Assembly (NCBI GenBank): GCA_964016885.1
Contig: OZ024742.1
Span: 145,390,001-145,454,000, forward strand
Direction of reading: 5' to 3'
DNA length: 64,000 nt
Source of the DNA: Eledone cirrhosa
Taxonomy: Eukaryota
Each line of letters starts with the position of its first letter. Positions within the stretch are counted from its first letter, which is position 1. Under the pieces are notes generated by a model that made no database searches, was not told the DNA's origin, and worked only from the letters and a program-made list of their open reading frames with translations. The position numbers and the translations under genes were made by a program. Shown piece by piece: positions 62,301-64,000 of this stretch.

Positions 62301-63751
62301 CTTCACCAGAACCGTTTCAAGGATGGAAATTATTGCTCTACTTTATCTGTTAACATACATCAACCACGATAAGAATGGAAAGCAGGTTTGGAATTTGGGA
62401 AGCAAAGGTTTTATAGTGCAACTAATTTGCTTCAACAAGATGCAGTACGGGTTTCTGCCAGGATGAGATACATCTGATACCCTCTACTTTCACAAGCAAT
62501 GCAGTGGGATTATAGGCATGCTGATAGAGAAGAAAGACTTTTCATATAGAGCAGCAGTAGTGGTAGCACCATATAGATTCATTAGATGCTTATGTTTTGT
62601 TATTACTAACATATCATTACTTTTCATATGAATTCTTCTCATACCAACCTGTCTGAGACCACTTATAACACTTTAATTCAATCCTACCTATTTTTAAATA
62701 TTTTTTTAGTTTCAAATAAAACCTTCCATCATAGTTTTATGTAAGAACCTCTTGTTAATTTCCAAATACAAGCTTAATATATTATACAAAAAATGCAAAA
62801 TATTTTCATAAATTCTTTCAAATTCCTGATTATTTTCAAATGTATTGAAAATATGGTTATGAAATAGTTATAATTTGCTGGCAACAAAATACAACCATGA
62901 TGTTTTCAATTTATTATTTTGTTTTTTTTTAAATGAAACCTCTTTTGACATTGATTTTCTTAATACCTCTCTGCAAGAGATATTTCCAACAATTAATATG
63001 CTTTAATCTTTTTGATACCAACCCAGCCAAAAATTGCCTTGCTGTTTAAATTAAAATCTCCTTACATAATTTTATTTAATTAACCACTTGTTAAGTTACA
63101 GTCTTAGTAATGAATAATTGATAATTTTAATAAATAGGGGGAACACACTTTTGTATTTGAACTTCATTTAACCTGTTGTGAAGCCAAACCTTCTCAAACA
63201 TGATCGTAAGTTTCATACTGTGTGTCCCTTTATTATTGTCTACAGCAAATTCCTTATTTCTACTGCAACAAGATAGATATCTATGGTGATATCTACCTGT
63301 CTCTCACACAGTCTCTCTCTCTCTTAACATTTCATGTCGGAAAAGAAGTTTTGGTTTACAAACATTTTGGGTGACAATTGGCTTTCAGGAATGAATTAAG
63401 TTTGTGAAATGAGGTCCATTGTGTATGTATATATATATATATACATATATATATGCAGTGGCAGACTAATCAGATCGTCAGCTTGCCTGATAGCAAGTGA
63501 GCACCTCTGGGCCCCACAGTAGTATTTTAGGGGCCAATACAAAAGATTTGCTTTCAAAGAATATATCAGAAAGTCCTGTAAAAAGAATAAAGATTAAAAA
63601 AATGAAATAAAACAGTTAAGCAAATCACTTGGTCAAACAATTCCCCAGGGAATTACTAGAAATCAAACTATATACTTAAGACAGCCAGAATCAATGCATA
63701 CATACAAAAAAATACTTGATTTGACCTACACAAACGAAATTTTATTTATTT

Positions 63752-63833
<82 letters not shown>

Positions 63834-64000
63834 AGTATGCATGTATACGTACATACATATATGTATACAGACGTACAGTAGCATGCACATATATATATAT
63901 ATATATACATATATACATACATATGCATACAGGTACACATACATATATGCACGTATCAGTTTAGCGGCGCTAACGTCGCTTTGTTCGTTTGTAAACAAAC

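Overview
Eukaryotic, AT-rich, microsatellite-dense animal DNA with no recognisable host gene. From memory, the SINE and microsatellite repertoire resembles an octopod cephalopod; this is not verified. The window is almost entirely transposable elements: a Tx1/L1-like LINE, mariner, hAT/Buster elements, R4/Dong-like LINEs in (CATA)n, many CRE-like LINE remnants, RTE and CR1 remnants, a Helitron remnant, tRNA-derived SINEs, solo LTRs, a young non-coding LTR element with a perfect tRNA-Trp primer binding site, and several Penelope-like (PLE) footprints. The standout is a near-identical array of 6 x 467 bp plus 42 bp at 11621-14465, flanked by (TA)n. Every unit carries a complete type I hammerhead ribozyme core on the minus strand inside a multi-hairpin sequence, making it a candidate retrozyme / circular-RNA-producing element. 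A second intact hammerhead lies on both arms of a spacer-less ~335 bp palindrome at 18783-19118, and three decayed hammerheads occur in or near other PLE remnants. All folds and alignments were done by eye, so boundaries of decayed elements are approximate.
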